Below the pieces are notes generated by a model. It was given only the letters and a program-made list of their open reading frames with translations. It had not been told where the DNA came from and made no database searches. A stretch of DNA of 64,000 bases, taken from contig CAVVUS010000010.1 in assembly GCA_963751345.1 (NCBI GenBank), positions 208,753-272,752 of the forward strand. The letters run 5' to 3'. Source of the DNA: an uncultured Chloroflexia bacterium. GTDB taxonomy: Bacteria > Chloroflexota > Anaerolineae > B4-G1 > SLSP01. Position 1 is the first letter of the stretch, and the number at the start of each line of letters is the position of its first letter. The translations under genes and the position numbers were made by a program. Shown here piece after piece: positions 1-9,781 of the stretch.

Positions 1-593
1 CGAAGAGATCGAACGGATAGGGTGTACCTCGCAGGAGTTCGATCAGCGCCGTGCAGCCCGCACGATCGTCAAACGCCTTGCCCATACAACTTCGACCCAC
101 GGTCTGAAACTGCGTCGCGAAGACAACCGTCCGTACCCATCGGGGCGAGTCGCTCGGCCTCTTCCCTACCGGCGGCACCGATGTCGACGACAAGTTTGTC
201 GACAGTCGGAGCCTTGTTCAGAGTACCCTTATCCGCACGATGGATGGCCTGGAGTCCAATGACGCCCGGAAGGGAGTCCTTCCCCACCCGAACCGTCAGG
301 CCTGGGAGCAGCCGCGAGGGGATGCCGCCCACGGTATCCACACGCAGCCCACCGTCGCTCGTATGGCCGACGACCATGAAGCCAACCTCGTCCATATGTG
401 CCGACACGAGGACTCTCAGCCCCGAAGCTCCTGTTCCGGCTTTGCGCACGATGAGATTCCCGATGGCATCGACGTGCATCTCATCGACGTATTCCTCTAT
501 CATCGGCCGAATGGCGCGCCGGACCTCGGTCTCGTTCCCCGAGATGCCGGGGACATTGGAGAGGGTACCCAGGCGATCTGTCAGATCACTCAT
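1..593 (-). CDS. M42 family metallopeptidase/endoglucanase (partial; frameshift near 125, runs off window)
   Basis: GISGNE, DAIGNL, SAHMDEVG and VGGI motifs; paralogue of the adjacent gene. Confidence 0.85.
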
Positions 594-1693
594 CCTTCAT
601 CCTCCCATTCGGGCCGGTACCCCGGTTCCAGCCGGGTAACGAAGCCTGACAATAGGCGCCCGGCTCGCTCGATATCGCGCAGTGCGACCACCTCGACCGG
701 CTGGTGCATATAGCGCACCGGAATCGAGATGAGGCCCGAGGGAACCCCTTCTCTGGTAAGCTGAATCCCCCACGCATCGGTTCCGCTGGACCCGGAGAGG
801 GGCTCGATCACGAAAGGGACCTCATCCGCCTCGGCGGCTTCCTTAAGACGCTTCACCATATCGGGGTGGAAGTTCGGGCCAACGCCAATCGTGGGGCCTT
901 CGCCCAACTCAAACACACCCGGGTCACTATCGCCGTGCTGCTTCGCGAAGGTCACATCCAGGGCCACGGCGATGTCTGGGTCGATACCATAGGCACTCGT
1001 GATCGCCCCTTTGATCCCGACTTCTTCTTGCACGGTGGCGACAGCGTAGAAATCCCAGGCGTGCTTCCGGTGCCGCAGGGCCTCCAGTGCCAGGGTGAGG
1101 GCCGCCACCGAGGCCCGGTTATCGAAAGCCTTGCCGGCAGCGCGCCCGTTCTTCAAGGCGACCAACGGCTGTCGCACGGTTACATAGTCGCCTACTCTCA
1201 CACGCGCTTTGACTTCCTCGGCGGAGAGCCCGAGGTCGACGAAGATCTCGTGCCACGGCAGCACGTCCTGGCGCTCCGAGGCCGGCAGGACGTGGGGCGG
1301 ACGGCTTCCGATCACGCCTGGCAGGCAGCCTGCAGGTTCGCCTGTCAGGCCGCCTGACGGTTCGCCGGGCAGATCCTCACGACCGTGCACGCAGACTTCC
1401 AGCCCCAGCAGCACGCGCCTGTCCACGCCGCCGAGGGCGTGAAGATGTAGGAACTCATTCTCGATACCGGTGACGATCAGCCCAATCTCATCGATGTGTG
1501 CGGCTGCCATCACGGTCTGTCGTGGTGCGGGCCCGGTGCCTCGCTGTACGGCGACGAGACTCCCCATCGCATCAACGCGGATCTCGTCGACGAAGGGCAG
1601 CCACAGCTCTCGCACGACGTTGCAGACTGATTCCTCGTATCCGGTAGGGCCAGTAGCCTCGGACAATAGGGTGAGTAAGTTCAGTGTCTCCAA
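590..1693 (-). CDS. M42 family aminopeptidase
   Basis: AAHIDEIG, GKAFDNRA, VQEEVG, GTDA and RYMH motifs. Confidence 0.9.
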   Translation of the reverse strand: METLNLLTLLSEATGPTGYEESVCNVVRELWLPFVDEIRVDAMGSLVAVQRGTGPAPRQTVMAAAHIDEIGLIVTGIENEFLHLHALGGVDRRVLLGLEVCVHGREDLPGEPSGGLTGEPAGCLPGVIGSRPPHVLPASERQDVLPWHEIFVDLGLSAEEVKARVRVGDYVTVRQPLVALKNGRAAGKAFDNRASVAALTLALEALRHRKHAWDFYAVATVQEEVGIKGAITSAYGIDPDIAVALDVTFAKQHGDSDPGVFELGEGPTIGVGPNFHPDMVKRLKEAAEADEVPFVIEPLSGSSGTDAWGIQLTREGVPSGLISIPVRYMHQPVEVVALRDIERAGRLLSGFVTRLEPGYRPEWEDEG

Positions 1694-1714
1694 AGGGCTC
1701 CTCTCCGGCTTAGC

Positions 1715-2308
1715 TCAGGGTGTGATCACGACCGTGTCGGTAATCGAGGGGGTCGCGGTGAACGTCGCCGTGGGCAAGGGCGTCCAGGTTGCCGTGGGCA
1801 ATCCCGTCGTTGGCGTCAAGGTGGGGGTAGGTGTCGGCGTGGATGTGGACGTATTCGGTGCAGGGGTCATGGTGAATGTCGGTGATGGTGTAAAGGTTGC
1901 CGTGCCTGTGGCCGTTGCTGTAGCCGTGGCCGTTGACGTACCCGTGGGGAGCGGCGTCTCGGTCGATGTTGGGGTTGGCGTCTCGGTCGGCGTCTCGGTG
2001 GCTGTCGGCGTCTCGGTGGCCGTCGGCGTCTCAGTTGACGTTGGGGTCGCCGTGCGTGTGGGTGGGAACCACTGAGTCGGCGTCGGCTCGAGTGTCTTGT
2101 CAGGCGTACCGGTGCCCGGTCCAACTTCAAACGGCGTTGGGCTGGCCGGTGGCGTCGATGTCGTGGTGGGTGTAGGTGACGCCTCCGGCGTCGCAGAAGG
2201 AGGACGAATCGCCAGTGCCACGAATCCGAGGCAATAACACGGAATCGTGGCGATGATGATAGCGATCAGCACGGTATAGATCGGCTTCTGCTCGCGCAGC
2301 TTTTCCAT
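1715..2308 (-). CDS. Membrane-anchored Thr/Pro-rich low-complexity protein
   Basis: N-terminal hydrophobic segment with CYC, then TETPTA-type repeats; sits within the operon. Confidence 0.7.
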   Translation of the reverse strand: MEKLREQKPIYTVLIAIIIATIPCYCLGFVALAIRPPSATPEASPTPTTTSTPPASPTPFEVGPGTGTPDKTLEPTPTQWFPPTRTATPTSTETPTATETPTATETPTETPTPTSTETPLPTGTSTATATATATGTATFTPSPTFTMTPAPNTSTSTPTPTPTLTPTTGLPTATWTPLPTATFTATPSITDTVVITP

Positions 2309-2319
2309 TGGCGGATCGA

Positions 2320-2607
2320 TCAGTCCAGAAGCGTCTGCGCATCGTCGATGATGTGCCGGCCCGCGGCTACCTCGTCGACGGAGTGGATCGCGCCTCCCAT
2401 CTCCTCAATCAGACGCGAGACGACATCGAAGTCGACGGCCTCTCCCTCAATCGTGATCTTTGCATTCTCGACTTTGCGGTCCATCTCGTAGATGCTGATA
2501 TTGACGGCGGAAATCCCCTCCAGATCGCTGAGTTGGTCTGCCAGCTCGATAATGCTTGGCTCGTGAGGTTTCAGCGTGTCCAATACCAGCCTTCTGATCC
2601 TTCCCAT
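2320..2607 (-). CDS. DUF211 family protein
   Basis: [17 protein letters not shown]...[10 protein letters not shown] signature; GAGGAG RBS at about 2612-2617. Confidence 0.85.
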   Translation of the reverse strand: MGRIRRLVLDTLKPHEPSIIELADQLSDLEGISAVNISIYEMDRKVENAKITIEGEAVDFDVVSRLIEEMGGAIHSVDEVAAGRHIIDDAQTLLD

Positions 2608-2660
2608 ATCTCTCCTCGCTCTTCTCGACCGATCCACATCTCGCGCGGCGCTCAGACGTA

Positions 2661-2811
2661 CAAAAAAAGACTCAGTCGTCCGGAGCCCGCATCGCCTGCC
2701 GCACCGGACAACAGGATGGCCCTGCTGTTAGGACGGGGCGCCCCTCCGTTAGTCCCGGTCGCGGTACGCTCGATGCCTTGGCACTTACTGAGTCTTCTCA
2801 CACTTCAATGT
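2661..2811 (-). ncRNA. Candidate structured RNA or 5' leader, family unrecognised
   Basis: 10-bp closing stem (2667-2676/2787-2796), nested helices, 3' U7 tract and its own promoter. Confidence 0.5.
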
Positions 2812-2817
2812 GTCCCA

Positions 2818-2845
2818 ATGATAGTACGAATCACGCCAGATGCAA
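2818..2845 (-). promoter_or_regulatory. sigma70-like promoter TTGCAT-N16-TATCAT
   Basis: Direct match just upstream of the structured RNA. Confidence 0.55.
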
Positions 2846-2868
2846 GTATTCGCGAGTGGGGGAAACAC

Positions 2869-2899
2869 AAAAAAGCCGTCTGGGGTCTCCAGACGGCTT
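2869..2899 (-). terminator. Intrinsic terminator of the cold-shock gene
   Basis: AAGCCGTCTGG/CCAGACGGCTT hairpin followed by a U tract on the minus strand. Confidence 0.8.
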
Positions 2900-2926
2900 C
2901 ACTATAGGCTGGCGCGCGAGATCGCG

Positions 2927-3136
2927 CTACAGGGCAACGACGTTGCTCGCCTGAAGTCCCTTGTCGGTCTCTTCGAGGGAGAACTCCACCTGCTGGCCCT
3001 CCACCAACTTCTTGAAGCCTTCGGACTGAATTGCCGAATAATGTACGAACACGTCCTCGTTGCCTTCTCGGGAAATGAAACCGTATCCCTTCGCGGCGTT
3101 AAACCACTTGACAACACCAATCTCTCGCTCACTCAT
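2927..3136 (-). CDS. csp: Cold-shock protein
   Basis: GVVKWFN, KGYGFI and DVFVHYSAI (RNP1/RNP2); AAGGA RBS. Confidence 0.97.
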   Translation of the reverse strand: MSEREIGVVKWFNAAKGYGFISREGNEDVFVHYSAIQSEGFKKLVEGQQVEFSLEETDKGLQASNVVAL

Positions 3137-3276
3137 CGCTATATGCTTCCTTTCAACATCGCGAATTTCAGGATGCCTGAGTTCTCCAATCCAGTCCACA
3201 GAAAACGCCCGGATTCCGATTAACGCAGATCCAGGCGCTGCCCGACTCAGGATTTGGCTGCATCCAACTGGCGAGA

Positions 3277-3304
3277 TTTATACCAGATTCAGCCAATCTG
3301 TCAA
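3277..3304 (-). promoter_or_regulatory. csp promoter TTGACA-N16-TATAAA, giving an ~135-nt 5' UTR
   Basis: Near-consensus boxes; hairpin at about 3206-3237 in the UTR, as expected for csp leaders. Confidence 0.7.
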
Positions 3305-3476
3305 CTTGCTGCAAACGCGTTGTTAGGTAGACTCGTGACGGGTACCGTCAGAAGTGGCAGGCGGTTTGGCCGTGACGTGAGCCGGCTCAGCCTGCCTCTG
3401 TTGTTGTTTGTTGGAAGTGGTATCTAATGTCGGTGCCCAAGGATTCTGTTAAGGCGCGATCAAGGGGGCGAATACT

Positions 3477-4853
3477 GTGATTAGCACGAACACCGGAATC
3501 TCTGGAAGGGAATTGCTGCTGAGGACCCTTCGCCATGAGCAGACTGACCGCATCCCCTGGGTACCCTTTGCGGGCGTGCACGCCGGCAAGCTCGTGGGGT
3601 ACTCGGGGCAGGAGCTCCTTACCGATAGTGACAAACTGATCGAGGCTCTCCTGGCTGTAAATCGTACCTACGACCCCGACGGACAGCCCGTGGTCTTCGA
3701 CCTACAGATTGAGGCCGAGATCTTGGGGTGTGATCTTCTCTGGGCAGACAAAGCGCCCCCCACCGTCGCTTCCCATCCGCTCGCGGCCTCGATGACCCTC
3801 CCCGATCGGTTGCCGGAGCCTTCAGATGGGCGCTTACCGATGATCCTGGACGCGATGCGGAGGATGAAGGCGGAAGTCGGTGGGCGGACGGCGCTCTACG
3901 GCTTGGTCACCGGCATCCTGACGCTGGCCTCCCACCTACGGGGCACCGAGATCTTCATGGATATGTACGATCATCCGGAGTACCTCGGGCAGTTGCTCGC
4001 CTTCAGCCGTGACGTCGCCAAGCGCATAGCAGCGTTCTACATCGAAGCGGGCATGGACGTCATCGCCATCGTGGACCCCCTGGTCTCCCAGATCTCTCCC
4101 CGCCATTTCCGAAAGCTGCTCTCCGAGCCCTATCAGGACGTCTTCGATTTCATCCGGGAGCAGGGCGTCTTCTCCTCGTTCTTTGTGTGCGGGGATGCCA
4201 CCAAGAACGTCGAGGTGATGTGCCAGACGGGTCCGGATTCAATCTCAATCGACGAGAATATCGATCTCGCGGGGGCCAAGGAGATCACCGACCGCTACAA
4301 TATCATCATTGGTGGCAATATCCCCCTGACTACCCACATGTTGTTGGGCAACCAGCAGGACAACATGAAATTCGTGGTTGACCTCCTCGACAAGATCGAC
4401 CCGCGCAACTTCATCCTGGCACCGGGATGTGATATGCCGTACGACGTGCCCACCGAGAATGTGGTCGGTGTGGTGCAGGCCGTCAGGGACCCCGAAGGGA
4501 CCCGGGCGATGCTGGCGAACTACCAGGCCGAGGAAATGGATCTGGACGCTGTGCATCTGCCCGACTATGCCAACCTTGACAAGCCTCTGGTCGAGGTGTT
4601 CACTCTGGATTCGGATACGTGTGCTGCGTGTGGCTACATGAAGGACGCGGCGCAGCGAGCAGCCCAGGAGTTGGGCGGGCGCGTGAACATGATCGAGTAC
4701 AAATTCACAGAGAAGGCGAATGTGGCCCGCGTCGTGAAGATGGGAGTCAAGAACCTCCCGAGCATCTACATCAATGGAGAGTTGGCCTACTCCTCGCTGA
4801 TCCCGAGCAACCGGGAGTTGGTCGAGAAAATCAAGCACCGTCTTGAGGAATAG
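3477..4853 (+). CDS. UroD/MtaA-CmuA family corrinoid methyltransferase with C-terminal thioredoxin-like domain
   Basis: EAEILGC, FVCGD, GNI and LAPGCD motifs; C-terminal CAAC ... GVKNLPSIYING. Confidence 0.85.
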   Translation: MISTNTGISGRELLLRTLRHEQTDRIPWVPFAGVHAGKLVGYSGQELLTDSDKLIEALLAVNRTYDPDGQPVVFDLQIEAEILGCDLLWADKAPPTVASHPLAASMTLPDRLPEPSDGRLPMILDAMRRMKAEVGGRTALYGLVTGILTLASHLRGTEIFMDMYDHPEYLGQLLAFSRDVAKRIAAFYIEAGMDVIAIVDPLVSQISPRHFRKLLSEPYQDVFDFIREQGVFSSFFVCGDATKNVEVMCQTGPDSISIDENIDLAGAKEITDRYNIIIGGNIPLTTHMLLGNQQDNMKFVVDLLDKIDPRNFILAPGCDMPYDVPTENVVGVVQAVRDPEGTRAMLANYQAEEMDLDAVHLPDYANLDKPLVEVFTLDSDTCAACGYMKDAAQRAAQELGGRVNMIEYKFTEKANVARVVKMGVKNLPSIYINGELAYSSLIPSNRELVEKIKHRLEE

Positions 4854-5940
4854 CTTGGATCTACATATCGTTGGGGGATTCCTGGGTAGCGGCAAAACGA
4901 CCGCGATCATTGGTGCGGCAAAGCATCTCATGGCCCAGGGAAAGCGCGTTGGTGTCGTTACCAACGATCAAGGTCGGTATCTGGTGGATACGGCGTTCTT
5001 CAGGAGCGAGGCCGTTCCCGCCGTGGAGGTCACCGGAGGGTGCTTCTGCTGCAACTACGCCGACCTCGACGCACAATTGGCCCAACTCAAGGAGACGGCA
5101 CAGCCGGACGTGATCTTCGCCGAATCGGTCGGGTCGTGTGCTGATATCGTGGCCACCGTCGTCAAGCCCCTACTGCAACTGCGCGAGTCTGCGGCGGGCA
5201 CCCCGACCAGCTTCTCGGTCTTCGCCGATGCCCGGCTCCTGCGCCGGCGGCTGTTGGACCAGCCCATGCCCTTTGGTGACAACGTGACCTATCTCTTCGA
5301 CAAACAGATCGAGGAAGCCGGGATCCTGGTGATCAATAAGCGGGATCTTCTCTCTGAGGAGGCTGTGGATGGGGTCGCGGTGTTGGCTCGCGAGCGTTTC
5401 CCCCACGCTTTGGTCCGCACGCAGAACTCGCTGGTTGAAGAGGAGGTCATGGGGTGGATCGCTGCGATCGCACCGGGGCGAGCTCTATCTCCCGGTCGGT
5501 CGCTGGATATCGACTACGAGCGCTATGGTGCCGGTGAGGCGGCGCTGGCCTGGTTGGATGAGCGCCTGGTCTTTGAGATGTCCGAGGGCCGTGGTCGAGA
5601 GGTCGTGATTGGCTTTATGTCCGAATTGCTGCACACGTTGGAGCATCGCCGCCTCGCCATTGGGCACTTGAAGTTCATGGTGACGAGCGGGGGCGTTGAG
5701 GTCAAGATCAGCTTTCCGACGCTGGGCACAGACGATTGGAAGGCGGGAATCCCGGAGTTGCCCGGCGGTCACGTCGAACTGATCGTCAATGCGCGCGTCG
5801 AGGCTCCTGCGCCGGTGCTGCGCCAACTCGTGCAGCAAGCCGCTGAGAGCACGGCAAGTGCGTTGGGTGTCACGTGCGAGGTTCACGATGTGGCTTCGTT
5901 CCACCCGGGGTTTCCGAGCCCGACACACCGCATCGGCTGA
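4843..5940 (+). CDS. CobW/COG0523-type metallochaperone GTPase
   Basis: GGFLGSGKTT, GCFCC, ESVG and NKRD motifs. Confidence 0.9.
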   Translation: MRNSLDLHIVGGFLGSGKTTAIIGAAKHLMAQGKRVGVVTNDQGRYLVDTAFFRSEAVPAVEVTGGCFCCNYADLDAQLAQLKETAQPDVIFAESVGSCADIVATVVKPLLQLRESAAGTPTSFSVFADARLLRRRLLDQPMPFGDNVTYLFDKQIEEAGILVINKRDLLSEEAVDGVAVLARERFPHALVRTQNSLVEEEVMGWIAAIAPGRALSPGRSLDIDYERYGAGEAALAWLDERLVFEMSEGRGREVVIGFMSELLHTLEHRRLAIGHLKFMVTSGGVEVKISFPTLGTDDWKAGIPELPGGHVELIVNARVEAPAPVLRQLVQQAAESTASALGVTCEVHDVASFHPGFPSPTHRIG

Positions 5941-6119
5941 CCCTCACTCGTCTGTACCAGAATAGGGCGCGCGGCCCGAGGCGCGAAGGAGGCTACCGGT
6001 AGGGATAGATGTTGAGCATCGTGGTGAAGCGGTGGTTTTTGGATTTGACTCTATTTGCTATATAATACTGGGCTAATGCTGGCCCGTCGTAAACACATCG
6101 GCTATTAGGAGGAAGCAGT

Positions 6120-6758
6120 ATGGCGAACAAGCTAGAAGTCATCCGCGAAGGCATCATGGATGGAGACATGCATTTGGTCGAAGATACCGTAAATGCAGCC
6201 CTGGAGGAGGGGATTTCCGCCCCCGAGATCCTGAACGAGGGTCTGATCAAGGCTATGGCCGAGGTGGGGCGCCTCTTCGAGGAGGGCGAGTACTTCGTCC
6301 CCGAGATGTTGATTGCCGCGCGTGCGATGAAGGCCGGACTGGCCATTCTCAAGCCAAAGCTGATCGACGCTGACGTCAAGCCCGTCGGCAGAGTGGCTGC
6401 CGGGACGGTCAAGGGTGACCTACACGACATCGGCAAGAACCTGGTCTGCATGATGCTGGAGGGCGCCGGTTTTGAGATCGTCGATCTCGGCACGGACGTC
6501 TCGCCTGACCAGTTCGTCGATGCCGTCCAGAACAAGGGCGTGCAGGTCATCGCGATGTCGGCGCTGCTGACGACGACGATGCCGAATATGAAGAACACGG
6601 TGGATGCCCTGGAAGAGGCCGGGATTCGCGATTCGGTCAAGGTGATGATCGGCGGCGCGCCGGTTACCCAAGCCTACGCCGACGAGATCGGCGCTGACGG
6701 CTATGCCCCCGACGCCAGCCGCGCTGCGACATTGGCCAAGCAGCTCTTGGGGGCCTAG
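6120..6758 (+). CDS. Methyltransferase cognate corrinoid protein (MtbC/MttC-like)
   Basis: GDLHDIGKNLV B12-binding motif; MSALLTTT; IGGAP. Confidence 0.95.
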   Translation: MANKLEVIREGIMDGDMHLVEDTVNAALEEGISAPEILNEGLIKAMAEVGRLFEEGEYFVPEMLIAARAMKAGLAILKPKLIDADVKPVGRVAAGTVKGDLHDIGKNLVCMMLEGAGFEIVDLGTDVSPDQFVDAVQNKGVQVIAMSALLTTTMPNMKNTVDALEEAGIRDSVKVMIGGAPVTQAYADEIGADGYAPDASRAATLAKQLLGA

Positions 6759-6789
6759 GCTCACACTCCCCTGCTTTACGACTCGACCC

Positions 6790-6829
6790 TGCGAAGGTGA
6801 CCTGAGCGATCCATCGGGTTACCTTCGCA
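6790..6829. repeat. Palindromic REP-like hairpin or bidirectional terminator
   Basis: TGCGAAGGTGACC...GGTTACCTTCGCA between convergent genes. Confidence 0.6.
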
Positions 6830-6841
6830 AGCTTTGTTGTC

Positions 6842-7237
6842 TCAGCCGGGTACCTGATAGAGCTCCAGTAGCACACCGTGGGCGCTCTTGGGGTGGACAA
6901 AGGCATACCGCGTGCCGTCAGGATGTTGCCTGATCTCGCTCACCATGCGAGCTCCCTCTTGTTCCAGTCGCGCAACGGTGGCCTCGATATCGTCCACCTG
7001 TAGGCAGACATGGTGTAGTCCCTCGCCCCGCTTCGCCAGGAAGCGCGCGATCGAGTTGTCCGGGTCAAGGGGCTCCACCAGCTCCAGTTGTGACTCGCCC
7101 ATCGGTAGGAAAGCAATCTCGACTCCCTCTACCGGGACCTCGTGACGCTGCGCGACGTCCGCGCCCAGCGCGTCACGGTAGAACGCCAAGGCGTCGTCCA
7201 GGTCCTCGACCGCGATGGCGATGTGGTGGATGTGCAT
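6842..7237 (-). CDS. mce: Methylmalonyl-CoA epimerase (VOC family)
   Basis: HHIAIAV, GEGLHHVCL and FVHPKSAHGVLLEL motifs. Confidence 0.9.
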   Translation of the reverse strand: MHIHHIAIAVEDLDDALAFYRDALGADVAQRHEVPVEGVEIAFLPMGESQLELVEPLDPDNSIARFLAKRGEGLHHVCLQVDDIEATVARLEQEGARMVSEIRQHPDGTRYAFVHPKSAHGVLLELYQVPG

Positions 7238-7317
7238 GGTATTCCCTCCCTCGATGTACGCTGCTTTGCCTCTATCGTAGCCGCCCTCATCGATTGTCAA
7301 GGAATGCAAGGGTGCAT

Positions 7318-7345
7318 TTGACTCATGCAGTCCGGGCCTTATACT
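7318..7345 (+). promoter_or_regulatory. sigma70-like promoter TTGACT-N16-TATACT
   Basis: Direct match 30 nt upstream of the 7375 ORF. Confidence 0.65.
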
Positions 7346-7374
7346 CCCCATAGCAACCCAGCGGAGGTGGAGGC

Positions 7375-8028
7375 ATGTTTCATGAGGCCGATCGGGTTCT
7401 GGTCGGTGTGATGACCGACACCCGCGATTTCCACGTGGCGCGGGACGAGGGTTGGTATCGCGTGCCGGTCCGACACGCTCCCGAGTCCGTCATGGATGCT
7501 GCCGTGCTGGCATTTTACTTCACGGCCGCATTCGAAGATGAGAAGTGGGCCATCCACTGGTATGCAGAGGTCAGGGGGCATGAGCTCGTGCTGCGCCGGG
7601 ACCTTTTCCCCGATGCCGCCGATCACCCGCACGCCGATCATCGTTACTTCAAGATGCAGATTGGCCCGCTGATCCGGCGTGAGCCCCCCATACCCAGCCT
7701 GCGATGGCGTAGGATCAGCTTCATTTCCACAAGTTGGGACAGGTTCTCCGCGGCGGAAGAGGTCAACGATCTCTACGAGTCAGGGGCGGATGGTCTGTAC
7801 GTAACGCTCAAGGAGAGCGGATTCTTCCCCGAACGTGAGTATCTGATCCGAGACGACGCCGAGACCTATACCGCAGATCTGGCCGTGCCCTGCAAGGATG
7901 GCGTGGTCAAGGTTGTATGGGGCAGCGGACCCGCCCCCAGCGATGCCCTCCGCAATCCCAACGCCGACATGGTTCGCCGGGAGGTCGCGCGGCTTGGAGG
8001 GCCCCTCATGCCCCCGACGGGCATATAA
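7375..8028 (+). CDS. Hypothetical protein: PUA/EVE-like N-terminus, possible degenerate DUF559-like C-terminus
   Basis: GGAGG RBS; VLVGV...WYRVP...FY pattern; C-terminal PEREY...ADLAV. Confidence 0.55.
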   Translation: MFHEADRVLVGVMTDTRDFHVARDEGWYRVPVRHAPESVMDAAVLAFYFTAAFEDEKWAIHWYAEVRGHELVLRRDLFPDAADHPHADHRYFKMQIGPLIRREPPIPSLRWRRISFISTSWDRFSAAEEVNDLYESGADGLYVTLKESGFFPEREYLIRDDAETYTADLAVPCKDGVVKVVWGSGPAPSDALRNPNADMVRREVARLGGPLMPPTGI

Positions 8029-8045
8029 GTCGCTCAGCGTTTGCC

Positions 8046-8918
8046 GTGCCCTTTCGAAATCTCACTCCGACCTGCTGGGTCGCACAAAGCCCCACCTTCG
8101 CGACGAATACCGGCCTTTTCATCGCCGACGATGAAGCGTACCTCGTAGATCCCGGCATTGCGCCTGCCGAGCTCGATGCAATCGAGGCCTTTGTCGCGGC
8201 TCGAGGTGCAGCGGTGCGGGGCATCATATTGACCCACGCGCATTGGGACCACCTCTTGGGTCCATCCAGGTTCCCATCCGCTACCGTTATCGCCCACGCG
8301 GCCTATGGGGCTGTCGTCCGACAGCATGGGGCGGACCTCCAACGTCAGGTGATGCATTGGCGATCCTCAATTGCAGGGCCGGGAAAGCTGCAGCCTTTCA
8401 TACCCCCCAGGCCCGACATCACCTTCCAACAGCGCCTCACGGTGCATCTGGGCTCTCTTTCACTGACCGTGCTCCACGCGCCGGGGCATGCGCCGGATCA
8501 CTGTGCGGTCTACGAGCCCTCAGCCGGGCTGTTGTGGGCCGGCGACATGCTCAGTGACCTCGAAGTGCCGATGCCTATGTGGCGATTCTCTGCCTATCGT
8601 GCCACACTGCGCCACCTCTCGGAGTTGGACGTCAGGATTCTGGTGCCCGGGCACGGCACGCCAACCGGTGATCCGGACGTCATCTCTGGTCGTTTCAGTC
8701 AAGATCAGGCATACTTAGCGGCAGTGCAGACCTGTGTCTCGCGCGAGGTCGACCGCGCGGCATCTTTGGCTGAGGTTGTGGGGATGTGCTGCGGGGTTCC
8801 CTTTGCCCAGCCGGATGACTACCCCCACGCCCGCGAGTGGAATATCGAGCAAGCGTACCTGGAGGCGGGGGGGAAGGCTGCGGGTGTTGTGGGATGGGAA
8901 AAGGACTGGATAACGTAG
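8046..8918 (+). CDS. Metallo-beta-lactamase-fold hydrolase (start uncertain)
   Basis: THAHWDH, PGH, AGD and PGHG motifs. Confidence 0.85.
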   Translation: MPFRNLTPTCWVAQSPTFATNTGLFIADDEAYLVDPGIAPAELDAIEAFVAARGAAVRGIILTHAHWDHLLGPSRFPSATVIAHAAYGAVVRQHGADLQRQVMHWRSSIAGPGKLQPFIPPRPDITFQQRLTVHLGSLSLTVLHAPGHAPDHCAVYEPSAGLLWAGDMLSDLEVPMPMWRFSAYRATLRHLSELDVRILVPGHGTPTGDPDVISGRFSQDQAYLAAVQTCVSREVDRAASLAEVVGMCCGVPFAQPDDYPHAREWNIEQAYLEAGGKAAGVVGWEKDWIT

Positions 8919-8926
8919 GAGAGGGT

Positions 8927-9781
8927 ATGCTGACTTTGGAGCATGTGGAGGCGTATCGCACACGGACCTATCGTATGACCGATGAACTGCGAGTCAGGTC
9001 GAAGGAGGAGGCGATCCGGTTCGTCGACGCGCGTGGATATGTGATGTTCTGGCCGATCAAGGATATCGTGATGCCGAGCCTTTGGTCTGCGGTGGCGGGC
9101 GACCGCCCCGTCGCCGACGCTCACGATGATCCCGGTCACGTGACGTGGGGCTGGAAAGACTCGCTGCTCAGCGAACGGCGTTGGTACTATGGCAAGGTTC
9201 TCCGTCGGAGGGCGACCATCATCTCGCTTGGGGTTGCCCCCCTATTCTACGCGCTCAGCGAGAATTTCGGCTCCCCGGAGGAGGACTATCTCGACCAGTA
9301 CCGCGATGGCACCATGACGGCCGAGGCGAAGAGCATCTACGAGACCCTGCTGCAGGAGGGGCCGCTCAATTCCGTGGCGCTTCGCCGTGCCGCTTCGATG
9401 GCCGGCAACTCGTCGAGTTACCGGTTCAACAAGGGATTGGACGAGCTCCAGGCAGATTTCAAGGTGCTGCCGATCGGTGTTGCGCAGGCAGGTGCGTGGA
9501 ACTACGCCTTCATCTACGAATGCGTCCACCGGTACTATCCGGAGCTGCTCGAACAAGCGCGGGCGTACAAGATCAGTCAGGCCCAGCAGCGACTGCTCAA
9601 GCTCTACCTGCGCTCCGTGGGGGCTGCCACCTTTGGGGACATCGTCAAGGTCTTCTGGTGGCCCAAGCGCGAGGTCGAGAGTGCCCTGGCCGCGCTCTCC
9701 GCGGAAGGGCAGGTGGTACGGGATCTGCATATCGACGGGCAGACGGGTGAGTGGGTGTCGCTTCCCGAGCTTGCATCCTAG
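8927..9781 (+). CDS. AlkZ/YcaQ-like winged-helix protein
   Basis: AIRFVDARG, PSLW, WGWKD and YYGKV pattern; overall size. Confidence 0.6.
   Translation: MLTLEHVEAYRTRTYRMTDELRVRSKEEAIRFVDARGYVMFWPIKDIVMPSLWSAVAGDRPVADAHDDPGHVTWGWKDSLLSERRWYYGKVLRRRATIISLGVAPLFYALSENFGSPEEDYLDQYRDGTMTAEAKSIYETLLQEGPLNSVALRRAASMAGNSSSYRFNKGLDELQADFKVLPIGVAQAGAWNYAFIYECVHRYYPELLEQARAYKISQAQQRLLKLYLRSVGAATFGDIVKVFWWPKREVESALAALSAEGQVVRDLHIDGQTGEWVSLPELAS

Noticed and set aside
1950-2050. CRISPR-like or iteron repeats
   Set aside because: These are coding repeats for TETPTA; no repeat-spacer array or cas gene was seen anywhere in the window
3305-3476. Cobalamin riboswitch ahead of the corrinoid cluster
   Set aside because: A hairpin is present (~3356-3396) but the B12-box consensus elements are absent
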